Below are positions 1 through 9,572 of a DNA stretch of 64,000 bases, piece after piece. The number at the start of each line of letters is the position of its first letter. The stretch's first letter is position 1. The position numbers and the translations under genes were made by a program. The notes beneath the pieces are model-generated. The model made no database searches. It was not told the origin of the DNA and saw nothing but the letters and a program-made list of their open reading frames with translations. Origin of the DNA: Candidatus Levyibacteriota bacterium (lineage in GTDB: Bacteria > Patescibacteriota > Microgenomatia > Levybacterales > UBA12049); NCBI GenBank assembly GCA_027334565.1, contig DAHWUP010000001.1, positions 16,674-80,673 on the forward strand, read 5' to 3'.

Positions 1-1171
1 AATATAAAAGCCTTGTCGGTTGCGCGGTGGAGATAAACGGTAAGTTAAAAAGAAAAGGAATTTTCGCAAAAATTGTCGGAAAGGAAAAGATAAGCGAGAT
101 AAAAAATAAGCAGCCGAAAAATAAAGTTTTTCTGTCCCTACGGAAAAAAAGACCGAAAATGGCAAAAATTAAAGGTATTATTCCGACATAACCGATGAAT
201 TCGCCGTAATTCCAAACGCCATAATAATTAAGAGTTGCCGGGTTCCCGAAAAAATCGGGCACCAAAAACTGGATAAGATTCTGCCAGGGAATAAACCATC
301 CCGGATTGCTGCTCCAGCCGGGAAGATCAAGACTGCGGGCCGAAAGCTGAATGAACCTGAAACCGGGTATAAGCTGCGGTAAACTTAAAATCATAAAAAT
401 TACAAAAAGTGCTATAAAAAGACCAAGCGTTCTTAACTTTTTCCCCGTCCTAAACCACCGCGCCAAAAAGTAAACGGCGGCCACTAACCCCAAGTAAAAA
501 AAGGCCTGAAGATATCCGGCAAAAAAAGAGGATACCAAAGAAAACAGGAATACCAGCGACCAGAGGATTTTCGACTGATGATTTTTTGTTCTTGACGATC
601 CCACCAGCTTATCGATCGACAAAAGAATAAGCGGCAACCACAAAGCAGTGTTCAAAATATTGCCCCATTCAAGCCAGGCGACGAAAAAACCGCCGAATGA
701 GAATGATAAAGCTCCCAAAAAACTTGCATATTTGTTTAACTTTAGGTTATCAAGATAATAATAAAGGAAAATTCCCGCAAGAAGCGGTTCAAAAAAAATA
801 AATAGACTCCAAGCGTCGGGAAATGACAAAATAAAAAATAATATGTTAAGAGGATAAAATGCTCCGGACTGGAAATTGGCAAGAAGCGGTGTTCCGGCGA
901 ACGTATAAGGGTTCCAAACCGGCAGCTGTTGGATCTTTTCCATTGAAATTGCCAACTGCTTCCAAGGGATCTGTTGTCTTACCGGATCGGTCACCAAAAA
1001 GTTTTTATACGGAAGTCCGTTGGGGTTAGTTTTTAAATAGGCATCTCTGAAAGGATAATAAAGCCCGACGATGGTGTCCGACGGAATCGGTAAAAGTCCC
1101 CTGATAAAAAGCTGCCAGAAGAAAATAAGAACTATCCCAAAAAACATTAACGGCGGTAAAAATTTTTTCAT
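1..1171 (-). CDS. YfhO-family membrane glycosyltransferase (GT-C), 3'-truncated by window edge
   Basis: Not in ORF track. ATG at 1171 overlaps the TGA of the upstream GT4 (ATGA). Manual translation MKKFLPPLMFLGIVLIFFWQLFIRGLLPIPSDTIVGLYYP...LPVWNPYTFAGTPLLANFQSGAFYPLN matches the WNPY.F.G...A..Q motif of the paralogs at 4651 and 18377. Confidence 0.85.
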   Translation of the reverse strand, partial: MKKFLPPLMFFGIVLIFFWQLFIRGLLPIPSDTIVGLYYPFRDAYLKTNPNGLPYKNFLVTDPVRQQIPWKQLAISMEKIQQLPVWNPYTFAGTPLLANFQSGAFYPLNILFFILSFPDAWSLFIFFEPLLAGIFLYYYLDNLKLNKYASFLGALSFSFGGFFVAWLEWGNILNTALWLPLILLSIDKLVGSSRTKNHQSKILWSLVFLFSLVSSFFAGYLQAFFYLGLVAAVYFLARWFRTGKKLRTLGLFIALFVIFMILSLPQLIPGFRFIQLSARSLDLPGWSSNPGWFIPWQNLIQFLVPDFFGNPATLNYYGVWNYGEFIGYVGIIPLIFAIFGLFFRRDRKTLFFGCLFFISLIFSFPTIFAKIPFLFNLPFISTAQPTRLLY

Positions 1172-2262
1172 GCCAAAATCAAATTATCGACCCCTTTATG
1201 AAAGTTGTCTATAGTGAATTTTTTAGCTGATATCAAAGTCTTCCCGGATAAGGATTCCAATAATTTTTCGTTTTTTATTAACTTTAACGTTTCAGCCTTA
1301 AGTTCGTCGGTCGAATTCCATAAAAATCCGTTTACGCCGTCTTCAACTATTTCCCTTTGTCCTCCGGCATTGATAACCACCGGAACCGCTCCCGCATACA
1401 TCGCCTCAACGGTTGAGATCCCAAAATGTTCGGCATATTCGGGATGTTTTTGTAAATCTTCACCAAATCCCGAAGCATGCCAATAGATTTTCGCTCTGGA
1501 ATAGATGTCCCAAAGCTCATCGTTGGTCTTGTTCACCAAAAATTCCACGGGATATCCTTCGGCCCGCTTTTTTAAGCTTAACAGTAAATCTTGCTCTTTT
1601 AGGTTTACACTGACTGCCAGCACTAGCCTCCATTCCCTTAACCCTTTGTTGACCATTTGAATAAAAGTATCAAGCAATATTCCCTGCTTTTTATAATCGC
1701 CCACCGCTCTGTTTCTACCGTCGGTATTTGTGGTAACGTCTCTTACCCTAAGCCTTCCGACATTTAAGATGATATTTTCCTTATCGACCCTTTTTGATTT
1801 ATCGTTAACCGGAGGATACAAAACATAACTGTTTATACCAAACTCCTTATCGACAAAAGATTTTGTATACTTTGAGTTACAAAAGAATGTATTGATTTTT
1901 AGCTTCTTCAGGAAATTACTTACCGTCGGTTTAAGGTTTGGGAACGGCTGCTGAAAGTGAACCAGGGTTTTTTTAGAAAGCAAAAAGGGCAGGCTTCCGT
2001 CGCTTAGAATTATTATCAGGTCGTATTTGCGTGATCGATTTAACCTTTTGGTAAATGGCGTTTCGGCGGTAAAAATGTTTCCGACCAGCTTAACCTTATC
2101 AAGTTTTAAAGGGAAACGTTCTTCAAGCATTTTAAGGTCCTTTTCGTTTCCCCAAAACACATCAACCGAGTGTTTTTGCGACAGATATTCGGCGATGGTC
2201 ATCATGTACTTTTCTCCGCCGCCTAAATCGTCAAGATACGGGTCGAATATTCCAATCTTCAT
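1168..2262 (-). CDS. Glycosyltransferase family 4 (GT-B)
   Basis: N-terminal GGGEKY; C-terminal EHFGISTVEAM...GGQREIVEDGVNGFL signature. Confidence 0.9.
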   Translation of the reverse strand: MKIGIFDPYLDDLGGGEKYMMTIAEYLSQKHSVDVFWGNEKDLKMLEERFPLKLDKVKLVGNIFTAETPFTKRLNRSRKYDLIIILSDGSLPFLLSKKTLVHFQQPFPNLKPTVSNFLKKLKINTFFCNSKYTKSFVDKEFGINSYVLYPPVNDKSKRVDKENIILNVGRLRVRDVTTNTDGRNRAVGDYKKQGILLDTFIQMVNKGLREWRLVLAVSVNLKEQDLLLSLKKRAEGYPVEFLVNKTNDELWDIYSRAKIYWHASGFGEDLQKHPEYAEHFGISTVEAMYAGAVPVVINAGGQREIVEDGVNGFLWNSTDELKAETLKLIKNEKLLESLSGKTLISAKKFTIDNFHKGVDNLILA

Positions 2263-2274
2263 ATCTTATGCCTA

Positions 2275-4353
2275 TTATAAAGACAAATGCACATTATTGC
2301 CATTCTTTACTGGTTTATCCAACACTATCCTTAGAGTTCGTCCTTTTTGGTCGGTAATTACAATAGTTCCGCCGCTTTGACCCGATAGAACATCGTCATA
2401 CTCTTTCTCCAAACCGCTTATACCATGGTAATTGGCCGGAGAATAAAGTCTTGTACAGCATTCATAATAGCCGGTATTTTTTACCGATTGGAAAGAAACC
2501 GTCCCGTAATACAGACGCGTCTGATGGCTTGAAACCAAAAGACCTTTGAAAGCTTCAAGTTTATCAAGCTCCTGCGCGGACAAAGGGTAATTGGTGGTAA
2601 AAAGGTTAATATAGGTATTCGGGATGACATTCTCCGAATATGTATCGCGAAGACGAACCCCGTCAACTCCGGAAAGCTGTTTTAAATAGCTTAACATGTT
2701 CTGTTCGTCTAACGGATCCATCTTTGCGGGATTTATCGAAATCAGATAACCGTTTCCGTCCTGCGCCAAAGCTTGATTGCCGTTAAACAAGCCGCCTCTT
2801 TTCCCAAATTCTACCATCGTCTTAACGCTGTCACCGGGTCCGAAGCCATTGAGTAAAATCCCCCAATTCCATTCTATTTTCCATTGCGAATCATTCCGGA
2901 TAAGCGTTAAAAACTTCTCCTGCGAAAATTTTCCCAGATTCCAGGTATCATAGGTCACCAAAATTTTTGCACTGCCGATTTTGGAAAAAAGCGGAACATT
3001 TTCGTTTAGTTCTTTTACCTCGATATTCTCGATTTGTGCTCCAAGCATCGCTCTTTTGGAAAGTTCAAAAAAACCTTCCCTGGTAAAACCCGAAGGCTTA
3101 TTGGCGATATCCTCCTGATATATATCCTGAAAGTACTGATTGGAAAGATTGTAATAAAAATCGTTCAATGTTTGCCGGGGATTGGGGATAAGATAAACCC
3201 AGCAATTTAATAATCCTATTATCGGAATTAGTATTAAAAGTATTGCTTGCAATTTTCCTTTGATTAAATTCTTTATGAAATACGCGGATAACAGATAGGT
3301 AAAAGGGAGAACCAATAAAAGGTATCTTGGATATGAGGGGATTAAAGAAAAAACGATCACGGAAATCATTGTCAATATACCGATATATTTAATAAATTTA
3401 TCCTTGGTACCTTTTAATAACCATTTGACCGTCAAAAAAAGCGAAATGATGAACGATAAAGGCCAAAACAGCGTCCATTCGTATACCCTGTCAATACCCG
3501 CACCCGCGATAGACGGAAAATTGCCCAAAAAAAGACTATCCAAAAATGCTCCGTAATGGGTGGTAAGCTGCGACTTTAAGTAAAAACTAACGATGTATTT
3601 ATTAAGTCTTAAGAAATCGATCAACGAATGTCCCAACGCAAAATATCTTAAATATGGCAGGATGATACCCGTACCGAAAGCGCATAAAAACCAAAAATAT
3701 TCTTTGACCAATTTATTTTTTATAAACCAGTATGTTTCAAAAATAAAAATGATCGGCAAAAGGATCGGAAATTTACTTTGAGTAAAAAATCCCAAGGCCA
3801 GACCCGAAACCATTGACCATAAAGTTCTCCGACTGTTGTTGGTTATAAGGTAAAATGCCGAAAGATTCAGAAGCAGAAAAAAAAGCTGGGTGATATCCAA
3901 CCACGATTTGAAAAATTGAGAAAAAAACATCGGATCTTCGAATAACACCAGCGAGGTGAACAAAGCAAAAAATTTGTCCTTTAAGAAATTTTTTGCGAGA
4001 AAAAAATAAACAATGATGCAGGCAAACCCTACAACAAGCGAGTAAAAAATAGGATTATCAAACAGTACTATCGAAAGACCGATCAGATATTTGGCTAAGG
4101 GCGGGGCTTCGGGATTAACAAGCGACGGATCTTTGCCATTGATAAGTCCCAAGCCCACATAAGCGTACAAACCGTCATCGCCGATGATTCTTTGGGACAT
4201 CGGCATTTCCCATTGCGAATGCTCAAATCTGTCCTTCCAGTAACCGATGTCATAACTATTGAATACCGCACCCCGGTTAAAGTAAAACATTAAAAAAGTT
4301 TGGAAGATAAGCAGCGCGGCAAAGAAAAAATAAAGGACCTTGTTGTGCCTCAC
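2275..4353 (-). CDS. GT-C (PMT/ArnT-like) membrane protein fused to MecA_N-like and PBP-dimerisation domains, without a transpeptidase domain
   Basis: N-terminal multi-TM part with DD and EAPPLAKYLIG motifs. C-terminal WKIEWNWGIL..GDSV..KRG..LAQDG and GISGLEKEYDDVLSGQSGG..D.KG..PVKNGNNVHLSL then stop. Confidence 0.75.
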   Translation of the reverse strand: MRHNKVLYFFFAALLIFQTFLMFYFNRGAVFNSYDIGYWKDRFEHSQWEMPMSQRIIGDDGLYAYVGLGLINGKDPSLVNPEAPPLAKYLIGLSIVLFDNPIFYSLVVGFACIIVYFFLAKNFLKDKFFALFTSLVLFEDPMFFSQFFKSWLDITQLFFLLLNLSAFYLITNNSRRTLWSMVSGLALGFFTQSKFPILLPIIFIFETYWFIKNKLVKEYFWFLCAFGTGIILPYLRYFALGHSLIDFLRLNKYIVSFYLKSQLTTHYGAFLDSLFLGNFPSIAGAGIDRVYEWTLFWPLSFIISLFLTVKWLLKGTKDKFIKYIGILTMISVIVFSLIPSYPRYLLLVLPFTYLLSAYFIKNLIKGKLQAILLILIPIIGLLNCWVYLIPNPRQTLNDFYYNLSNQYFQDIYQEDIANKPSGFTREGFFELSKRAMLGAQIENIEVKELNENVPLFSKIGSAKILVTYDTWNLGKFSQEKFLTLIRNDSQWKIEWNWGILLNGFGPGDSVKTMVEFGKRGGLFNGNQALAQDGNGYLISINPAKMDPLDEQNMLSYLKQLSGVDGVRLRDTYSENVIPNTYINLFTTNYPLSAQELDKLEAFKGLLVSSHQTRLYYGTVSFQSVKNTGYYECCTRLYSPANYHGISGLEKEYDDVLSGQSGGTIVITDQKGRTLRIVLDKPVKNGNNVHLSL

Positions 4354-4382
4354 ATCCCTATTCTAACAAGTTTTAAATAAGC

Positions 4383-4411
4383 TTGCATTGTTAAATAATT
4401 TTGAATATAAT
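4383..4411 (+). promoter_or_regulatory. Sigma70-type promoter of the DUF5652 gene
   Basis: TTGCAT-17 bp-TATAAT, with ATGs 4 and 7 nt downstream. Confidence 0.6.
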
Positions 4412-4415
4412 CGAA

Positions 4416-4667
4416 ATGATGATCGGAAACGTCGATATCCAAACATTCGCATTGATTATAATACTCGTCGCCTGGACATTCGCGTGGAAAGGCGTTGCTT
4501 TATGGAGAGCGGCGAAACTCGGTCAAAAAAACTGGTTCATCGCTTTGATTATTTTAAGCATCCTCAACCTGTTGGGTCTGGTAGAAATCATTTATCTTTT
4601 CTTCTTTGCCAAGAAGAAATTAACCATCAAAGAAGTTAAATCCTGGTTTGTTAAACAAACCTCTTGA
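4416..4667 (+). CDS. Small membrane protein, DUF5652-like
   Basis: WKGVALWRAAK..QKNWF..L...N.LG.VEIIY motif. Start moved downstream of the promoter (4416 or 4419). Confidence 0.75.
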   Translation: MMIGNVDIQTFALIIILVAWTFAWKGVALWRAAKLGQKNWFIALIILSILNLLGLVEIIYLFFFAKKKLTIKEVKSWFVKQTS

Positions 4668-6984
4668 AGTTTAGCCAAATCAGAATTATAAAACCCAGAA
4701 CCGCGGCCCAAAACCCCAGCAAAAAGCTTGAAGGAAAATATACAAACTCTACAAGATGCTTACCTTTAGGGACGCTCACGGCGCGGAAGGAAAAATCGGC
4801 ACGATAAATATCCGTTTTTTTACCGTCGATATACACATTCCACCCCGGATAAAAATTATCCGAAAGAAAAAGAAGCGACCGTCCGTTCGAGTTGGTACGA
4901 ACGGATACTTTATCCGGTGTATAGCCGACAATATTAGCGCTGCCGGTTGAGGTTATTTTTTGATTTAGTTTTTGTTCCAAAACCACTTCCCTGCCCGGGT
5001 TAAAATTTTTATCAAACATCGTCGACAAAATCTTTTGCGGGCCGGTCTGTGTGATATACCTATCCACCAAAAAGACGCGAGGCAAAGCAGCGTTGTTTTG
5101 AAGGATCTGGTATACCCCGTCGTCATATAAAATCGAGAAATCACCGGGCCGATAGGCCCAAAAAGGGAATGTCCAGGAAGCATGATCGTCCGCCAGTTTA
5201 TGAATTACATATTTTACGCCCAAAAGGTCCATTCCAAGCTTAGTAAACTTGCCGTTTTTGGGGAAAGATACCACCGACCGTGCGGACTCCGTCAAAATGC
5301 CGTTTTGAAGCGATGCGATAAACTCCCCGTATCTTTGGTTATAAACAGCATCGTAACCCTCAAGCGAAGGCAAGCGATAATACGTCGTCGCTTCCTGGCC
5401 AAGATTACTGACAAAACGTACATTTGGCGTAAGTTTAGAAGTTACCGATACAACCGGCACCAACGGATAGGCAAATTTTACCGGATCTTTCGGCATCCAT
5501 TTGACCGAAAACCGGTACATGTCGAAAGCGACAATAAGCATTAGCACAAAGGACAGATATTTTATCCATGATAGTTTTTTAAAGCGGAGCAGTACCCCAT
5601 ATACAACAAGATAAGTAAGCAAAACGACAAACAATCCTGTCGGCAGGATCAGATTTTGTCTTGCGACAACAATCTCTTTTAAAGGCATGAAAAGTTTGAA
5701 AATTACCGTTAACCAAAGCATTAAGAAAAACGCCGCGAACGTTAAGATCCAGCCAAATATCAATTTAAGCTTCTTTTCCTTTAAATCCTTTGATAATTTA
5801 TCAAGCCCAAAGCCCGAAAGAACCGCGAAAGAAAAACTGAATAAAACAATTATCCTGCTCGCGGCGCTGGTTGAAAGAACGGGAATTTTTGATAAAACTA
5901 TCAGATTTATAAACGGTGTTTGAAATGCCAAAAGTATCGTGATAAGCGAAGCTACCAGAAAAAATAAAACATATTTGCTTTTTTTGACCAGAGTTAAGGC
6001 ATAAAACCCGAGCATTAAAGGTATCAACCCGAGATACGCGTTCCATTCGGCATAATGCCCGAACCAGTCGTTGCGGGTTACCGGATTGCCGAAAAAATCG
6101 GGTGCCAAAAAAGTCGCGAGGTATCCCCAAGGGATGATTTCCGTTTTCATAAAAATCGTACTGCGCAAAGACTGCATATAGCTTTCAACCGAAGGAAGGA
6201 CCTGCGGCATGGTTAAAAGTAATCCGGCTGCAAAATACGAAAGTATGAAAATCAGTTCTTTGAAATTTTTTGAAATCAGCGATTTAAAAATAAGATAGAA
6301 AAAGACATAAAGCGCAAAATATAAACTTATCTGGAAATGTCCGCTAAAAAAAGACAGGGGAAAAGTCAAAGATAATAATACAAGAAAAATCTTACGTCTG
6401 GTTTCGTAAAATTTTTCAACCGCCAAAAGGGCAAGAGGTAAAAACAATATCGCAAACCCGAGCGTTGCGTAACCCATCCAGGTAGTGATAAATCCGCAGA
6501 ACATGAATGCAAGCGAACCGACCAGGCCTGATATTTTTGATACCTTAAGCGTTCTAACATAAAAATACATGAATATACCCGCAAGAAGAGGCTGTAACAA
6601 AACCAACAGATTCCAGGCTAAGATAAAGGGCAGAATAAAGAACAGTAGATTAAAGGGACTGAGAACTGCCGACTGGTAATTGGCAAGCTGGGCCGTACCC
6701 GAAAAACTGTAAGGGTTCCATAAAGGCAGCTGTAAAGATTTGTAGGTATCAACGGTCAATTCTTTCCAAGGATAGATCTGGCTTAAGATATCGGGCATCG
6801 CCGCGTTTTTGACCGGCCCCGCAAAACCTGGATATGCATTCCAGGGAGAGAAAAAATTAACCAGATAATTGGTCGGAAGAACAGTTACATGCTCAAATAG
6901 ATACGGGAAAGCAAAAATAAACCAGAAAATCAGAATAAAGATAACCGGCCAAAAATTTAAAATTATTTTATTGATTCTTCCCAT
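4651..6984 (-). CDS. YfhO-family membrane glycosyltransferase (GT-C)
   Basis: 777 aa, many TMs, LPLWNPYSFSG motif, C-terminal LFLSDNFYPGWNVYIDGK...FRAVSVPKGKHLVEFVY. Confidence 0.85.
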   Translation of the reverse strand: MGRINKIILNFWPVIFILIFWFIFAFPYLFEHVTVLPTNYLVNFFSPWNAYPGFAGPVKNAAMPDILSQIYPWKELTVDTYKSLQLPLWNPYSFSGTAQLANYQSAVLSPFNLLFFILPFILAWNLLVLLQPLLAGIFMYFYVRTLKVSKISGLVGSLAFMFCGFITTWMGYATLGFAILFLPLALLAVEKFYETRRKIFLVLLSLTFPLSFFSGHFQISLYFALYVFFYLIFKSLISKNFKELIFILSYFAAGLLLTMPQVLPSVESYMQSLRSTIFMKTEIIPWGYLATFLAPDFFGNPVTRNDWFGHYAEWNAYLGLIPLMLGFYALTLVKKSKYVLFFLVASLITILLAFQTPFINLIVLSKIPVLSTSAASRIIVLFSFSFAVLSGFGLDKLSKDLKEKKLKLIFGWILTFAAFFLMLWLTVIFKLFMPLKEIVVARQNLILPTGLFVVLLTYLVVYGVLLRFKKLSWIKYLSFVLMLIVAFDMYRFSVKWMPKDPVKFAYPLVPVVSVTSKLTPNVRFVSNLGQEATTYYRLPSLEGYDAVYNQRYGEFIASLQNGILTESARSVVSFPKNGKFTKLGMDLLGVKYVIHKLADDHASWTFPFWAYRPGDFSILYDDGVYQILQNNAALPRVFLVDRYITQTGPQKILSTMFDKNFNPGREVVLEQKLNQKITSTGSANIVGYTPDKVSVRTNSNGRSLLFLSDNFYPGWNVYIDGKKTDIYRADFSFRAVSVPKGKHLVEFVYFPSSFLLGFWAAVLGFIILIWLNFKRFV

Positions 6985-7735
6985 GTTTTACTTTAAAACT
7001 TTTTTGCAGCTCCCAAAGCTTGGCATATGTTATAAACATGCTGAATGCTTGATAAACACTTTCAACCAGTCCCGCCGTACCGGCCCTAAATCCCCGTTGT
7101 TTAACATAGGAGTTTAAAAATGCCGTAACCATTACCCGTGGAAACCTCCACCAGGTCATCCGAGGGTGATTGGCGTTGAAGCGTAAAACCGCTTCCTTGT
7201 CCGACCAGTCGATGGTCTTATTTAGCATACTCTCAAGATCCCTGTGGGTAAAATGAAGTAAAAATCCGTTTAGCTCGCCTGTTTTCCCGTTTATATCGGG
7301 ACTTTCATGAAGCTTTCCCTTCCAGCCCTGCAATTTTTCCCTTACGAACAGCCGTTCAAGTTTTTCGATATAAGGCCATTCGTGGTTTTTGAAGTAGAAG
7401 TTTTTTCTTTTAAGTTTATAAGCGGCATAACTTATTTCACCGGCCAAAACTTTAATGATGTTTTTCTTTAATGTCTCGTCGACCCTTTCATCGGTATCAA
7501 CATATAGAATATAATCCGAAGTCGCTTTTGATAGTCCCAGATTGCGTATTTGTGAAAAGTCGGCGGAATCTATTTCAAAAACTTTGGCGTTAAACGAAAA
7601 AGCGATGTCCCTTGTCCTGTCTTTGGAATTATTATCGATCACGATGATCTCATCACAAAAAGAGATACTTCTTAAAGCATCCGGAATCATTCTCTCGTCG
7701 TTTTTGGCTATGATCACTCCGCTTACGGTTTTCAT
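6968..7735 (-). CDS. Glycosyltransferase family 2 (beta-1,4-glucosyltransferase-like)
   Basis: IIVIDNNSKDRT, DTDE (DxD), LHE motif. Confidence 0.9.
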   Translation of the reverse strand: MKTVSGVIIAKNDERMIPDALRSISFCDEIIVIDNNSKDRTRDIAFSFNAKVFEIDSADFSQIRNLGLSKATSDYILYVDTDERVDETLKKNIIKVLAGEISYAAYKLKRKNFYFKNHEWPYIEKLERLFVREKLQGWKGKLHESPDINGKTGELNGFLLHFTHRDLESMLNKTIDWSDKEAVLRFNANHPRMTWWRFPRVMVTAFLNSYVKQRGFRAGTAGLVESVYQAFSMFITYAKLWELQKSFKVKHGKNQ

Positions 7736-8659
7736 TTAAAAACTCCCTTTACCAAACTTGCGTAAATAAAAGTCCAATGCGCCTTTTCTTTGCGCTTTAC
7801 GACCATTCAAAATAAAACGTATGCTCTCCCTAATAAGCGCTAATTTTGTTCTAAGCGGGGCATACATAAAACCGAACAACAGCCTGTTCCTGGTGATGTA
7901 ATAATCCTGAAGTGTCGAGCCGGAGCCTCCGGCCGATCCGGCGTTAAGATGCCACATCAGCGCCTTTGGCTCAAAATAGATCTCCAAACCTTTACGCTTT
8001 GCCCGCTGCGAAAGATCGTTATCCTCGTAATACAAAAAATATCTGTCGTCAAATAACCCAACTTTAGTAAACACCTCTTTCTTAATAAGCATGCAGCACC
8101 CGCTGGCAAAAGAAGTTCTTACCTCTTTGCCAAATTGCCCCTTATCCACCTCGTCCACTCCCCTGTGATATGCGATCATGTTTCTCCAGTCAACCTGCCC
8201 GCCGGCGAACCAGATGACTTTTCCAAGCTCATGTTCTTTGTATCTATCCTTATGAAATTCGTACCCTTTGGCAAAATAGATCTTCGGGGAAACGATTCCG
8301 CAATCATCATGCTTTTGGAAGGTCTGTAAAAGCCGGGCGATCAGATTTTCGTCCAAAGTTACATCATTGTTCAAAACCAGGACATAATCCGCGTCATTTT
8401 TAAGAGCTGTCTTAATGCCTAAATTCTGCCCTCCGGAAAATCCCAGGTTCTCTTCACTGCGTACAATCTGCAATTTGAAATTTCGGTATTGTCTGTCTGT
8501 TTCGAATTTTTCTTTTGAAGCATTATCAACTACCACCACGTGTAACTCAAAATCCTTGACGACTAGTTTATCCAGCGAATCAAGACAGGATAACGTGTCG
8601 TTTTTACCGTTGAAATCGATCATCGATACAAATACTTTTAGCATAAGATCATAATCCAC
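7736..8659 (-). CDS. Glycosyltransferase family 2 (rhamnosyltransferase-like)
   Basis: VVVDNAS, NLGFSGGQNLG, LNND, SGCCMLI, FLYYEDNDLS. Confidence 0.9.
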   Translation of the reverse strand: MDYDLMLKVFVSMIDFNGKNDTLSCLDSLDKLVVKDFELHVVVVDNASKEKFETDRQYRNFKLQIVRSEENLGFSGGQNLGIKTALKNDADYVLVLNNDVTLDENLIARLLQTFQKHDDCGIVSPKIYFAKGYEFHKDRYKEHELGKVIWFAGGQVDWRNMIAYHRGVDEVDKGQFGKEVRTSFASGCCMLIKKEVFTKVGLFDDRYFLYYEDNDLSQRAKRKGLEIYFEPKALMWHLNAGSAGGSGSTLQDYYITRNRLLFGFMYAPLRTKLALIRESIRFILNGRKAQRKGALDFYLRKFGKGSF

Positions 8660-9572
8660 GGAGTTTAACGGAAATTTTGCGCAGGTTTCGCCTTAGCGGA
8701 TTTTTTATCGACTCCAGTTTTTCTTTACCGAACCAAAACGCAACTTCCTTTCCGGCTTTTTGAAACTCTCCCTCGGTATCTTTTAAGAAATCCTCTTTAT
8801 CGTATTCTTTAAAACCTTGTCTCTCCCAGATGAAAACGAATACCAGAAAATGGTAAAAACTTTGCATCATGGATAGTATGAGTCCGTGAAAACCGTCTTT
8901 GTAGCCTTTTCTGGCAAAAAACCAGCTTAAAAAATCGGCCAGGGGAAAACGGATGACGTCGAAATAAGAGAATTGGTAGCCGTCCGAAAGTAATCCTTCC
9001 GCTTCGTTGGGCGCATAGATCAGAATTTTTTTAATGTATTGTTCCACCGAATCGTAGTTATGATGGATCAGGTGCTCTTTAAGCTTTTCTGTTTCTCCCA
9101 AGATAACAAGATCCTGATGAACTTTTTTACTCTCATACTTTCCTTTACCCTTTCGGAAAAGTCTCAGCTGATAATCCGGATACCAGCCGGTGTTGTGTTC
9201 TATCCATTTACCGAAAATATAATTTTTTCTCGGGAGCCAAAAGCCGTTGATAGCCGATAGCGCCGAAGGTTTGGCCGAAAGCACTTTTTTTATTTCTCCC
9301 GCGAGCTCTTTGGAAACTTCCTCATCAGCATCAACGCTTAAGATCCAATCACCGGTTGCCTTTTCGAAACCGAAATTTTTTTGCCTGTCAATTTCTTTGG
9401 GATTGTTTTTCTGCGTATAAATATTATCCGTATACTTTGATGCGATGGAGACGGTTTTATCGGTCGAAGAATTGTCGACCACTACAACTTCGTCCGCAAA
9501 AGCAAGTGACTTAAGGCATCTTTCGATGTTTCTCTCTTCGTTGAAAGCGGAAATTACGGCAGAAATTTTCAT
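8649..9572 (-). CDS. Glycosyltransferase family 2
   Basis: VVDNSSTDKT, WILSVDADE, WYPDYQLRLF; paralog of 6968. Confidence 0.9.
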   Translation of the reverse strand: MKISAVISAFNEERNIERCLKSLAFADEVVVVDNSSTDKTVSIASKYTDNIYTQKNNPKEIDRQKNFGFEKATGDWILSVDADEEVSKELAGEIKKVLSAKPSALSAINGFWLPRKNYIFGKWIEHNTGWYPDYQLRLFRKGKGKYESKKVHQDLVILGETEKLKEHLIHHNYDSVEQYIKKILIYAPNEAEGLLSDGYQFSYFDVIRFPLADFLSWFFARKGYKDGFHGLILSMMQSFYHFLVFVFIWERQGFKEYDKEDFLKDTEGEFQKAGKEVAFWFGKEKLESIKNPLRRNLRKISVKLRGL

